Part shown: positions 1 to 8,152 of the stretch, piece after piece
Numbering within the stretch: the first letter of the stretch is position 1
Layout: every line of letters starts with the position of its first letter
Source of the DNA: Candidatus Micrarchaeota archaeon
GTDB lineage: Archaea; Micrarchaeota; Micrarchaeia; Anstonellales; Bilamarchaeaceae
Length of the DNA: 28,278 bases
Assembly (NCBI GenBank): GCA_964647575.1
Contig: CAZYGF010000001.1
Coordinates: 1 to 28,278 of the forward strand
Direction: 5' to 3'
Translations under genes and position numbers: made by a program
Notes under the pieces: generated by a model
The model's database searches: none
What the model saw: only the letters and a program-made list of their open reading frames with translations
What the model was told of the DNA's origin: nothing

Positions 1-67
1 CTGGCGTGAGTTGCCCCCTGGCAATCACTACCCCGAGTATCTCCGGCGTTCTCCCGATCTCTTCCAT
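1..67 (-). CDS. 5' fragment of an unidentified protein running off the window start (MEEIGRTPEILGVVIARGQLTP...)
   Basis: Hand translation from the minus-strand ATG at 67 is open to base 1. A TATA-like TTTTTAA lies 22 nt upstream on the minus strand. It is too short to assign a family. Confidence 0.45.
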   Translation of the reverse strand, partial: MEEIGRTPEILGVVIARGQLTP

Positions 68-93
68 GCATGATTAACCCCGTGCATGATTAA
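67..93. repeat. Perfect 11-bp direct repeat TGCATGATTAA x2 (67-77, 83-93) in a divergent promoter gap
   Basis: Read directly from the sequence; 5-nt spacer CCCCG. Confidence 0.8.
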
Positions 94-96
94 AAA
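90..96. promoter_or_regulatory. TATA-like element TTAAAAA/TTTTTAA, possibly bidirectional
   Basis: 22 nt from the + strand ATG at 119 and 22 nt from the - strand ATG at 67. Confidence 0.5.
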
Positions 97-118
97 GATA
101 GCGCAGTGAAGTGCTTCC

Positions 119-727
119 ATGCCCAGGCTGGTGATTTTCGATTTCGACGATACGCTCCTCCATCTCAACGTGCAGTGGGATGCCGTCAGGAACGACGTTG
201 TCGCGCTGGCACGGGAAAAGAGCGTGGCCGTTGACCCGAGGCAGCACCTCGTGCCCATGGGCAACCTGCTTTCTGATACCCCAGCATGCAAGAAGGCGAT
301 AGACGCCATATATCTGAAGCGTGAAGCGGCTTGCATAGACAAAAAGAACTACGTGGTCTTCCCAAAGATGCTCGCATTGGCCAGGGAGCTGAAGGCGAAG
401 GGATTCCTGCTGGCCATAGCCAGCGGCAACCACACGAAGAACATCAAGCGGATACTGGCCGAGCTGAACGCGCCAGACCTGTTCGCTGTAGCCTGCGGGC
501 GGGAGCTGATAAGGCACAACAAGCCTGCGCCCGACCAGCTCCTGCTCATTCTGGGCAAGACCGGCGTGGAGAAGAAGGACGCCATATTCGTCGGCGATTC
601 GGTCAATGACGCCGCAGCGGCAAAAGCCGCAGGCATAGCCCATTTTCACGTCCGGCCAAACGACGAGGATGACATCGGGCGGCTGCGGAAACTGTTGCTG
701 CCGAGCAGCCCCACAGGTTCCATCTGA
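119..727 (+). CDS. HAD-superfamily hydrolase (phosphoglycolate phosphatase-like, subfamily IA)
   Basis: Motif I DFDDT, motif II ASGN, motif III KPAP, motif IV VGDSVND. Confidence 0.9.
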   Translation: MPRLVIFDFDDTLLHLNVQWDAVRNDVVALAREKSVAVDPRQHLVPMGNLLSDTPACKKAIDAIYLKREAACIDKKNYVVFPKMLALARELKAKGFLLAIASGNHTKNIKRILAELNAPDLFAVACGRELIRHNKPAPDQLLLILGKTGVEKKDAIFVGDSVNDAAAAKAAGIAHFHVRPNDEDDIGRLRKLLLPSSPTGSI

Positions 728-780
728 CGCTACGAAAGGAATAAATCCTCTTTGCAGCATCAATACTCACGGATGATTGC

Positions 781-1125
781 ATGGCTAATGGGATTACAAA
801 ACCGGAAAGCACAGAAATCGATAAAGCCAGAAAGGCATTGGTCACGCTGGCGAACGAGGGTTTCATAAAATTCCCTATCGCGCCGCTCTACCTCGGCAAC
901 TTCATGACCGAGCTGGCTCAGGAATACGTCAAGCTCAGGAACGCCAAGCCGGAGGGCGACAAAATCCAGCTGCTTAAGGATGCCATAGAAAATGCCCGGA
1001 GTACCACAAGCAACGTGATGCTGAACAAGGATACCTCTCCAAGTGCGTCCATAGCCGTCCTCAGCGAGGTCGGCGGCCTTTTCGGAAAAAGGTCAATAAA
1101 CAAATATCTGGAAAGCCTCGCCTAA
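781..1125 (+). CDS. Hypothetical protein, 114 aa
   Basis: ATG-started ORF filling the gap between HAD and dtdA, with natural-looking helical composition. Its stop overlaps the dtdA stop (1122-1125). No family recognised. Confidence 0.7.
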   Translation: MANGITKPESTEIDKARKALVTLANEGFIKFPIAPLYLGNFMTELAQEYVKLRNAKPEGDKIQLLKDAIENARSTTSNVMLNKDTSPSASIAVLSEVGGLFGKRSINKYLESLA

Positions 1126-1904
1126 ATCTTCCCGATTGCGATGCCGAATTTAGCTGCCAGCGCACTGACCTTCTCGCGCTGCGCCGCATTCGTTTCGTCC
1201 CTGGAGACCAGCACCTTCGACACCTTCTCCACGTTCTTCTCTATCGCCTGGCTGAACGTGCCCTCATCGAGCGCGTCTATGGCATATTTCGGGACTATAT
1301 GCCCTACCGCCAGCTGCGTTTCAAGGACGAGCTTCGTGAACGTTTTGGAGTAATGGCCCCCGCCGATGCCGAACACAGTTTCGAACGTTTCGCGCTTAGC
1401 CATCCTGTCGAGGACAGCAGTGACTGCGCTTGCGACCGCCTCCACCGCGTTTTCGTCTGCCCACTCCGCCTCGCCATTACCTATCTCCACGAACAGGATT
1501 GGCACATCGCAGGTGGGGCCGTGGTGGTCTGCCTCAAGGGAAACCGGCCACCCTATGCGGTCACCCGCCTTTTTCAGCTCCTGCAGCAGGATTTTCAGCG
1601 TGCTGGCTGCCGCGATGTTCAGCGTCTTCGGCTGGCCGCCCATGTCCGCGTTGCCCCAGTTGCCCGGCACGTGTGCGGTCAGCATTTTGCCAGGCACCTT
1701 GCTCCTGTGAGTGCTTAGAACAAGCAGGCAGTCCGTTTCGAAATCAGTTGGCACGTCGAGCACTGTCGGCGCATGCGTGTCAACCAGCCGCACGCCCCCG
1801 CGCTCCCATTCGTTCTCCGCCGCCTTCCTGAACCCGTGGCCTGCAATCAGCTTCCCGGCAATGTTCGCGCTCGCAGGATTTTGAGACGTAAAAAGTATTA
1901 TCAT
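1122..1904 (-). CDS. dtdA: Archaeal-type D-aminoacyl-tRNA deacylase (DTD2 family)
   Basis: Motifs LSTHRS, LTAHVPGNWG, EADHHGPT, FVEIG, GIGGGHY. Confidence 0.92.
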   Translation of the reverse strand: MIILFTSQNPASANIAGKLIAGHGFRKAAENEWERGGVRLVDTHAPTVLDVPTDFETDCLLVLSTHRSKVPGKMLTAHVPGNWGNADMGGQPKTLNIAAASTLKILLQELKKAGDRIGWPVSLEADHHGPTCDVPILFVEIGNGEAEWADENAVEAVASAVTAVLDRMAKRETFETVFGIGGGHYSKTFTKLVLETQLAVGHIVPKYAIDALDEGTFSQAIEKNVEKVSKVLVSRDETNAAQREKVSALAAKFGIAIGKI

Positions 1905-1907
1905 GAG

Positions 1908-2516
1908 TCACACGACCAGGAAAAACAGCACGCAGGCAACAGGTATCGCCAGGTTGTCTTCAAGGCCAGGAAGGCTCTCTGCGATTGTTGCGACGAGGGC
2001 GAGGGGGATTGCCGCAGGCCCCACGAAATACCAGGCGACCAGGGACGATATGAAGAATACCGCTGTGCCTTCCAGCGTCTTGTTCCTGTTGTACGGCAGT
2101 TTCATCCTCCCCTTCCTGCCGATGATGGTGGAGAAGGCGTCTGCCAGGCCCAGCACCACAAGGGATGCCGATATCTGGTTTATGTCCGTGAGGAACGTGA
2201 GCAGCAGGAGCACTCCAGTGGCATAGCAGGCGGAGCCCCAGCCCGGCAGCAGCGCGCCAGGCCGCTCAAGCCGCTCCTCGAACCACTGGACGAAGAATAT
2301 CCTCCCGCCGCGGAGCCGTATGTTCATCAGCAGGGTGCCGATGACGATTATGAAGAAGACCATGCCTATCATGAAGCCCCTGCCGAAGTGCAGGAGAAGC
2401 AGCAGCGCGACTACGCCGAGCAGGAGGTGGAAGACCTGCCTTTCAGCCTCGCGTTCCATCGCAAGGCCGCGCCCCGCGGCCTTATCTGCCGTGAAACGCT
2501 TCGCATCACGCCCCAT
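1908..2516 (-). CDS. Polyprenol/dolichol (phytol) kinase-like membrane protein, CTP-dependent family
   Basis: Multi-TM protein with RQVFH, ADAFSTIIGRK and NKTLEG motifs. Start placed at ATG 2516 (GGAGG upstream, 11-nt overlap with the PAP2 stop) rather than the ORF-track 2555. Confidence 0.8.
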   Translation of the reverse strand: MGRDAKRFTADKAAGRGLAMEREAERQVFHLLLGVVALLLLLHFGRGFMIGMVFFIIVIGTLLMNIRLRGGRIFFVQWFEERLERPGALLPGWGSACYATGVLLLLTFLTDINQISASLVVLGLADAFSTIIGRKGRMKLPYNRNKTLEGTAVFFISSLVAWYFVGPAAIPLALVATIAESLPGLEDNLAIPVACVLFFLVV

Positions 2517-2997
2517 GCTCTTTTCCTCCCTTCTTTTTCCCCGCGTTCCATGCAAGGTCGACAGCGTAATACCCCATGACCGCTATGGGCAGCGCCGCGG
2601 CCACGTCAACGAACGCATGCACCCCAAGATTCAGCCTGGTAAAAGACACGAACAGCGCGAAAAGCAGGTAGAGCGGATAGCTCCTCCTGTTCAGGAACGC
2701 TATCATCAGCATGAACGCGGCCGCGGCATGCATGCTGGGGAACGCATAGTCTGTGGGGCACCAGTCCTCCCCTGTGCATGGCCTGGGGTGCGCCAGCCCC
2801 TGTTTTATGGCCGCACAGAGCACCATAATGGCAACGAACGTCACCAGTATCTTGAGCCTCTTGTCGTTCCTGCTTTCGCCGAGCACAGTCAGCGCTATGA
2901 TAATGGCCACGTAGACGAATTCGTTGGCCAGGCCCTCTCCCACTGCCTTCAGCAGGGGGCTGTCTATGGAAAGCGCAAGGGCAGTTATGGCATCCAT
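2506..2997 (-). CDS. PAP2-family membrane phosphatase (polyprenyl-pyrophosphate phosphatase candidate)
   Basis: Motifs KQGLAHPRP, FPSMH and TRLNLGVHAFVD match the three PAP2 motifs. Start placed at ATG 2997, with a TATA-like box 23 nt upstream. Confidence 0.85.
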   Translation of the reverse strand: MDAITALALSIDSPLLKAVGEGLANEFVYVAIIIALTVLGESRNDKRLKILVTFVAIMVLCAAIKQGLAHPRPCTGEDWCPTDYAFPSMHAAAAFMLMIAFLNRRSYPLYLLFALFVSFTRLNLGVHAFVDVAAALPIAVMGYYAVDLAWNAGKKKGGKEHGA

Positions 2998-3020
2998 CGG
3001 AGGATTCTCTGGTGGCAAAC

Positions 3021-3028
3021 TTATAAAA
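3021..3028 (-). promoter_or_regulatory. TATA-like box TTTTATAA for the PAP2-kinase-dtdA unit
   Basis: AT-rich octamer 23 nt upstream of ATG 2997, in a divergent gap. Confidence 0.5.
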
Positions 3029-3117
3029 TGGACTGCGCAGGGCCATGCCATATCTTTTTATTCGGTTGCCGGACAGAATAGGTTGGACGGCAGCCGTACG
3101 CCCGCCATGGTGTTCAC

Positions 3118-4122
3118 TTGGACAAACGCATGCAGCTCCTGCTCAACCTCCTGGTATCGCTCGCCATTTTCGTGGCTGTGTTCTGGCTGGTCGGGGCAGG
3201 GAGGATATACGATACGCTGCTCAAGGCCAGGCCCGAACTCCTCGCCCTGGCGCTTGTGGCGTATTCTGCAGTCACGTTCGTGATGGCCTACCGGATAAAA
3301 TTCGTCCTTGCCGGCATGGGGGAGCGGCTCAGCCTCATGCAGGCTGCGCCTTCCAACCTGGCCGGGCTCCTGGCCTCTGACTTCACCCCTGCACGGGCCG
3401 GCTATTTCTTCACCGCATTCTCCCTTTCCTCAAAATTCGGCATGGCCATGGAGAAGACGGTCACCGCCATATTCGGCCCTCAGCTTTTTGATTTCCTGAT
3501 AAAGGCCTTTTCAGCCATCGTGCTCACCCTATTCATAGTGTCCAAGGCAGGAATCGGCGGGATGGCGCTCAACATCCTGGTCATCTGCGCAGCCCTCGGA
3601 GCCGTTCTGCTCGCCGGCCTGTTCGTCTTCCACCCCCCCTTCCTGGCGTATTTCTCGTTCGCCGAGCGGTTTCCCCTCGTCCCCACGCTATTCTCTTTCC
3701 TAAGGCGCATGCACGTCCATTCCGGCAGGATACTGGCCCTGAAATGGGGCGTGATGGGGATCACGCTGGTCACCTGGCTCCTGAAAGGCGTGGAATGGCT
3801 CTGCCTTTCCCATGCCCTGGGCATATCAATCACAGGGAGCCTGCCGTCAGACCTGGTTTTCATGATGATATTCCAGGCGGCCATAACCATTATACAGTTC
3901 ATTCCGACCCCGACGCTCGCCGGGGCAGGTGCAAGCGAGGCGGCCTTTGCCGCTGTACTGCTGCCTTTCGGCGTGCCTTTCGAGTCCAGCGTGGCATTCG
4001 GCTTCCTGACGCGGCTTACCATGATTGCCATCGATTCCCTTTCCCTGCCGGTCATAGTCTCTTACCTCCACAAACACAGCATGGAAAGCATCCTGGAGCG
4101 CATATCCGGGATGGAACACTAG
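3118..4122 (+). CDS. Flippase-like membrane protein (lysylphosphatidylglycerol synthase TM / UPF0104 family)
   Basis: About 8 hydrophobic segments with motifs AYRIK, DFTPARAGY, LKGVEW, PTPTLAGAGASE and LTRL. TTG start with GGTG upstream; alternative ATG at 3130. Confidence 0.82.
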   Translation: MDKRMQLLLNLLVSLAIFVAVFWLVGAGRIYDTLLKARPELLALALVAYSAVTFVMAYRIKFVLAGMGERLSLMQAAPSNLAGLLASDFTPARAGYFFTAFSLSSKFGMAMEKTVTAIFGPQLFDFLIKAFSAIVLTLFIVSKAGIGGMALNILVICAALGAVLLAGLFVFHPPFLAYFSFAERFPLVPTLFSFLRRMHVHSGRILALKWGVMGITLVTWLLKGVEWLCLSHALGISITGSLPSDLVFMMIFQAAITIIQFIPTPTLAGAGASEAAFAAVLLPFGVPFESSVAFGFLTRLTMIAIDSLSLPVIVSYLHKHSMESILERISGMEH

Positions 4123-4147
4123 GCCCGGGGTGCCGGCAGGCACTTGA

Positions 4148-4154
4148 TTAATAA
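4148..4154 (+). promoter_or_regulatory. TATA-like box TTAATAA
   Basis: 23 nt upstream of ATG 4178. Confidence 0.45.
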
Positions 4155-4177
4155 TGTTTCAGCCCAACTGTCTCCCT

Positions 4178-4840
4178 ATGCCTTCTGTTTCTGTGCTGCT
4201 TCCCACGCTGAACGAGGAGGAAAGCATCGGCAGGACCATAACGGAGGTCCGGGCAGTCGTGCCACAGGCGGAAGTAGTCGTCATAGACGGCCTGAGCACA
4301 GACAGGACGGTGGAGATAGCCAAATCTCTCGGTGCGCGCATCCTGCTCGAGAAAAGGAAAGGCAAGGCATTCGCCATAAAGACCGCCCTCAGGGAGATAG
4401 ACTCGGACTATGCAGTGATGCTGGACGTGGACCTGACCTACCCCGTCAAGGACATACCGAGATTCCTCTCCCTCCTGAAGGAGTCAGACGTAATCATGGG
4501 CTCCCGCTTCCGTGGCAGGATAGAACCCGGTGCCATGTCGCTCCTGAATGCCGTGGGCAACCGCATAATCTCGCTTTTCGCATCGGCCATCTTCCTCAGG
4601 CCCGTAAGCGACGTGTGCACCGGCATGTGGGCGTTCAGGAAAAGCGCCTACAAGGCCATGGACATAACCGCGCACGCCTTCGAGCTGGAATCCAACCTCT
4701 TTGCCCAGTCCGTTAAGAAGCGCTTCAGGATAACCGAGACTCCCATAACCTATGCGCGGAGAGGCGGCAGGTCCAAGGTCCAGCCCCTGGACGGCGTGAA
4801 AATCTGCCTATTCCTGCTGAAGGAGAGATTGAGGGCATAA
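4178..4840 (+). CDS. GT2 glycosyltransferase, polyprenol-phosphate sugar synthase (DPM1-like)
   Basis: LLPTLNEE, VIDGLSTD, GKAFA, LDVDLTY (DxD), GSRF, DVCTGMWAF, FELE. Start placed at ATG 4178; the ORF track starts at 4154. Confidence 0.88.
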   Translation: MPSVSVLLPTLNEEESIGRTITEVRAVVPQAEVVVIDGLSTDRTVEIAKSLGARILLEKRKGKAFAIKTALREIDSDYAVMLDVDLTYPVKDIPRFLSLLKESDVIMGSRFRGRIEPGAMSLLNAVGNRIISLFASAIFLRPVSDVCTGMWAFRKSAYKAMDITAHAFELESNLFAQSVKKRFRITETPITYARRGGRSKVQPLDGVKICLFLLKERLRA

Positions 4841-4862
4841 GCCCAGTCCTTTTTCCAAATCC

Positions 4863-4868
4863 TTTTAA
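4863..4868 (+). promoter_or_regulatory. TATA-like box TTTTAA
   Basis: 25 nt upstream of the gmhB ATG at 4894. Confidence 0.45.
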
Positions 4869-4893
4869 GGCAGCAAAGGCAGAATATCCGCAT

Positions 4894-5463
4894 ATGAAAC
4901 CCGCTTTTCTCGCCCTGGTGGACCGGGACGGCACCATAAACGAGGAGGTCGACCTTCTCCACCACGAAAGCAGGCTCGTCCTCATCCCCGAAGCAGCCAA
5001 AGGCATAGGGCTGCTCAACTCGCATGGCATAAAGGTCGCCATAGTCACCAACCAGCCGGTGGTGGCGCGCGGCATGTGCAGCGAGGAGGACGTCCAGCGG
5101 ATAAACAAAAAGCTCGCGGAGCTGCTCGGGCGCGAGGGCGCACGCATCGACGCCGTCTATTACTGCCCGCACCATCCCGACCACCACCCGGAGGGCAATC
5201 CGGAATACCGCAAGGAATGCTACTGCAGGAAGCCGAAGACAGGCATGCTTGAGGAAGCGTCGAAAAAGTTCCACGTGCCGCCGGAACGGTGCTTCATGAT
5301 AGGCGACAGCACCCGCGACATCGCAGCCGGAAGGGATTTCGGCTGCAGGACGATACTCGTGGGAACCGGATACGGCGGCAGGGACGGCAGGTACACTGCG
5401 GCGCCGGACTACGCTTGCGGCAACCTCTATGAGGCGGCGAAGCTCGTGGTGAGCCTGATATGA
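4894..5463 (+). CDS. gmhB: D-glycero-D-manno-heptose 1,7-bisphosphate phosphatase (HAD-IIIA)
   Basis: DRDGTIN, VTNQ, Zn-site CPHH...CYCRKP, MIGDSTRD. Confidence 0.88.
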   Translation: MKPAFLALVDRDGTINEEVDLLHHESRLVLIPEAAKGIGLLNSHGIKVAIVTNQPVVARGMCSEEDVQRINKKLAELLGREGARIDAVYYCPHHPDHHPEGNPEYRKECYCRKPKTGMLEEASKKFHVPPERCFMIGDSTRDIAAGRDFGCRTILVGTGYGGRDGRYTAAPDYACGNLYEAAKLVVSLI

Positions 5464-6161
5464 AGGCAGTCATAGTGGCAGGCGGCCTTGGCACGCGGCT
5501 CGGCAACCTGACAAAAAAACTGCCGAAAGGCCTTGTCATGGTGAAGGGCAGGCCGGTTTTGGAGCACCAGATCCTCTGGCTGGCGCGCTACGGAATAAAG
5601 GACATCGTCATATGCGCAGGGCACCTGGCAGAGCATGTGCAGGCCTATTTCGGCGACGGCAGCCGGCTGGGGGTGCGCATCAGATACTCAGTGGAGCGGA
5701 AGCTTCTTGGAACTGGCGGCGCGCTCAGGCAGGCCGCGCCCCTTCTCAGCGGCAGGTTCGTCATGCTGTACGGCGACCTGGTCGGCGAGATGGACCTGCG
5801 GAAGCTGATTGCTTTCCACGCAGGGAAGGGCGGCCTCGGGACGCTCACGGTCCGTGAGAGCGACCATCCCTACGATTCTGACGTGGTGGAGGTCGCGTCC
5901 GACTGGGAGGTACGGCGCTTTATAGGAAAGCCCAGACCCGGGCAGAAATTCGTCAACATATCCAATGCAGGCGTCTATTGCTTCGAGAAGGCAATCCTGA
6001 AGTATTTCCCCCCTGGCAAATCGATGCTTGACCGGGACGTCCTGCCTGCAGTCCTGGCTAGGGGCGGGAAGCTCTATGCATACATGACAAGGGAGGAACT
6101 CATCGACATTGGCACGCCCGAGCGGCTGAAGAAGTCGCTCGGCGCGAAGCGGCATGGCTGA
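5460..6161 (+). CDS. Sugar-1-phosphate nucleotidyltransferase (HddC / mannose-1-P guanylyltransferase-like)
   Basis: AGGLGTRL...LPK, LGTGGAL, LYGD, NAGVY, DIGTPE. ATGA-coupled to gmhB. Confidence 0.85.
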   Translation: MKAVIVAGGLGTRLGNLTKKLPKGLVMVKGRPVLEHQILWLARYGIKDIVICAGHLAEHVQAYFGDGSRLGVRIRYSVERKLLGTGGALRQAAPLLSGRFVMLYGDLVGEMDLRKLIAFHAGKGGLGTLTVRESDHPYDSDVVEVASDWEVRRFIGKPRPGQKFVNISNAGVYCFEKAILKYFPPGKSMLDRDVLPAVLARGGKLYAYMTREELIDIGTPERLKKSLGAKRHG

Positions 6162-6170
6162 CACAGCCCG

Positions 6171-6190
6171 GTTTTCCCAGGGTTTTTTGT
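6171..6190 (+). terminator. Oligo(T) tracts after the nucleotidyltransferase stop, possible archaeal-type terminator
   Basis: GGTTTTCCCAGGGTTTTTTGT shortly after TGA 6161, in a convergent gap. Confidence 0.3.
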
Positions 6191-6251
6191 GTTATTAAAT
6201 ACTTTTTAAAGGACGCCGCCCCAACCATTGCCTATCTTGCTGGCGCTTTTT

Positions 6252-8075
6252 TCAATTCACCTTCATCGCCAGGAAGCTCTGGCTCGAGAACTGCTGCTCC
6301 AGCGTGAACCTGCTATCCGGACCGAGTGCGGTGAGCTTGGCCTGTATCTGGTCCCCGCTAAACGTTTTCAGGCAGCTCTGGTCGATTATCGCATATTCGT
6401 AGCCGTATTTCTTCAGGAACGCATAGTTGCCGTCCAGGCTGTCGTTTATGGACTGCGCCTTGTAGTCGTTCACTTCCTTTACCCATGCGTAGCCGGCTTT
6501 GTCCACGCCATCGGCGAACACGTCGTTCATGCAGAAACCGAAAACCTTCGTGTTCGCAGGAAGCCCCTTCAGCTTGATGTAGCCGGCAACCTGCTCATCC
6601 GATGCCCAGGAGGCGCCGGGCGGCCACTGCGACGTCTCCACGACGCCTTTCGGGTATGCGGCCGTGAAGAGCAGCGCGGCCACCAGGACCACCTTTGCCG
6701 CGAGCTCCATGCCCTTCCGGTTCTTATCGGTGTACTCCAGCACTTTCACAGCGCCATATCCCGCCAGGATGGCGACCGGTATGGCCAGGAACACCCAGAA
6801 GCGGTGCGGCATCATCTTGAACGGCAGGGCATTGCCTTCCACTCCCACCATGCAAAAGACAAACCAAAGCAGAAGCGCAACCTGGAGCCAGCGATCTTCA
6901 CCAGCCCTCGCCTTCCTGACGGCAACCACTATGCCGAGCAGCAGCAACCCGCTCACCGCCAGCCCCCAGCCGGTCGGCTGGTCCATCTTGGAGGCGAGCG
7001 GGGCATCGAGGAAGTCATTCGGGCCGTAAATGACGCCGCCGCTCGTGTCCGGAGTCTTCTCAGTCACGAAACCGAGGCTCAGCCCCATCTGGTTCAAAAT
7101 GCCGCCCATGCCGTACATCGCTAACATCGGGCCCCAAAACAACAGCAAGGCGAGTGCAAGCGCCAGCAAAGGCACAGCGGCCGAATCCTTAAGGGCGGCT
7201 GCCTTGTCGCCGCTGGCCAGTATGGCCGGCAGCCTTACCGAGCCGACGTAAAGCACCACCATGATGAATATTATGCCAGCCACCGAAGGCTGGACCATCA
7301 GCACTGCGCCCAGCGTGAGCGCTGAAATCAGGGTAAGCGCCCTATCGCCACCGCGCAGGACCCTCTCAAGGAAATAAAACGCCGGAAAGACCAGCACCAT
7401 GGCCAGCGTCTGGGCCCATATGAAATGGCTCATTAAAGACGGCAAAACGGCGATGATGAACGTGGCCCAGAGCGCCACTCTCCCTTCGAACCTTGTCCTG
7501 ACCCAGCAATAGAACAGCGGTATCGTGAGGCTGACCAGGAGGGCGTTGAAGAACTTGAGCGTGAACTGGAGCGAGCCGGTATCCAGCTGGAAAAGCAGCC
7601 CCAGCAGGACATCGAAGAAAGGCGGGTAGGGAGCCAGGTAATGTATGAGCTCCGGGTTTGGCAGGATGTACGTGCTGTATATGGAGACGTACCTGACGGC
7701 CGCGGCGTGGCTCCAGGGGTCGTCATCCTCGAGCCACGGATAGTTCAGTGCCCCGGAAACATAGACGTAGAAGTGTATGAAGAAAAGCAGCAGCACTATC
7801 GCCCAGCCCCGGTCTATCCTGGGCAGCCTGGGCGCGATATCCCCTTTCCTCGCTGCCAGCACCACCAGGGCCAGCGCCACGGCCCCATAGACGTACCATG
7901 AGGAAAGCGAAAGGAAACCGAACACGACAGCCAATGGGACAAAGGCGGCGATTCCGGTGCCTGCCCAGAGGAAGAGCGCAGACATGTCGTCCTCCTCCTT
8001 GATGCCAAGCAGCCTCCAGACTGCGAATCCCAGCCCCACGCTCATGAAAGCAAGATAGATCAGCTGTTCCAACAT
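6252..8075 (-). CDS. Polytopic membrane protein, probable GT-C-fold glycosyltransferase
   Basis: More than 12 predicted TM segments, an acidic EDDDPWSH motif in the first large loop, YPPFF, HRFW and a soluble C-terminal domain (LKKYGYEYAIID). No WWDYG motif. Confidence 0.7.
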   Translation of the reverse strand: MLEQLIYLAFMSVGLGFAVWRLLGIKEEDDMSALFLWAGTGIAAFVPLAVVFGFLSLSSWYVYGAVALALVVLAARKGDIAPRLPRIDRGWAIVLLLFFIHFYVYVSGALNYPWLEDDDPWSHAAAVRYVSIYSTYILPNPELIHYLAPYPPFFDVLLGLLFQLDTGSLQFTLKFFNALLVSLTIPLFYCWVRTRFEGRVALWATFIIAVLPSLMSHFIWAQTLAMVLVFPAFYFLERVLRGGDRALTLISALTLGAVLMVQPSVAGIIFIMVVLYVGSVRLPAILASGDKAAALKDSAAVPLLALALALLLFWGPMLAMYGMGGILNQMGLSLGFVTEKTPDTSGGVIYGPNDFLDAPLASKMDQPTGWGLAVSGLLLLGIVVAVRKARAGEDRWLQVALLLWFVFCMVGVEGNALPFKMMPHRFWVFLAIPVAILAGYGAVKVLEYTDKNRKGMELAAKVVLVAALLFTAAYPKGVVETSQWPPGASWASDEQVAGYIKLKGLPANTKVFGFCMNDVFADGVDKAGYAWVKEVNDYKAQSINDSLDGNYAFLKKYGYEYAIIDQSCLKTFSGDQIQAKLTALGPDSRFTLEQQFSSQSFLAMKVN

Positions 8076-8124
8076 CTCTTCTCCCCATTGGCAGTCTCTG
8101 CTGCATTTTTATGCCCCCAAGCTG

Positions 8125-8130
8125 TTTAAA
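8125..8130 (+). promoter_or_regulatory. TATA-like box TTTAAA
   Basis: 22 nt upstream of ATG 8153, in a divergent gap. Confidence 0.45.
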
Positions 8131-8152
8131 GGCTTACATGCGATACCAATCC

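Noticed and set aside
4130-4143. Small hairpin GTGCC-GGCA-GGCAC after the flippase-like gene
   Set aside because: A 5-bp stem with no real U-tract is expected by chance at this GC content.
6228-7124. 298-aa + strand ORF, and similar long antisense or off-frame ORFs (1299-1718, 1773-2579, 2320-3081, 11760-12647, 19791-20606, 20521-21237, 25063-25659)
   Set aside because: They overlap well-supported genes, have no family motifs and show the Arg/His/Gln/Pro-rich composition typical of shadow frames in GC-rich DNA.
6252-8075. Oligosaccharyltransferase AglB/STT3
   Set aside because: No WWDYG motif is present.
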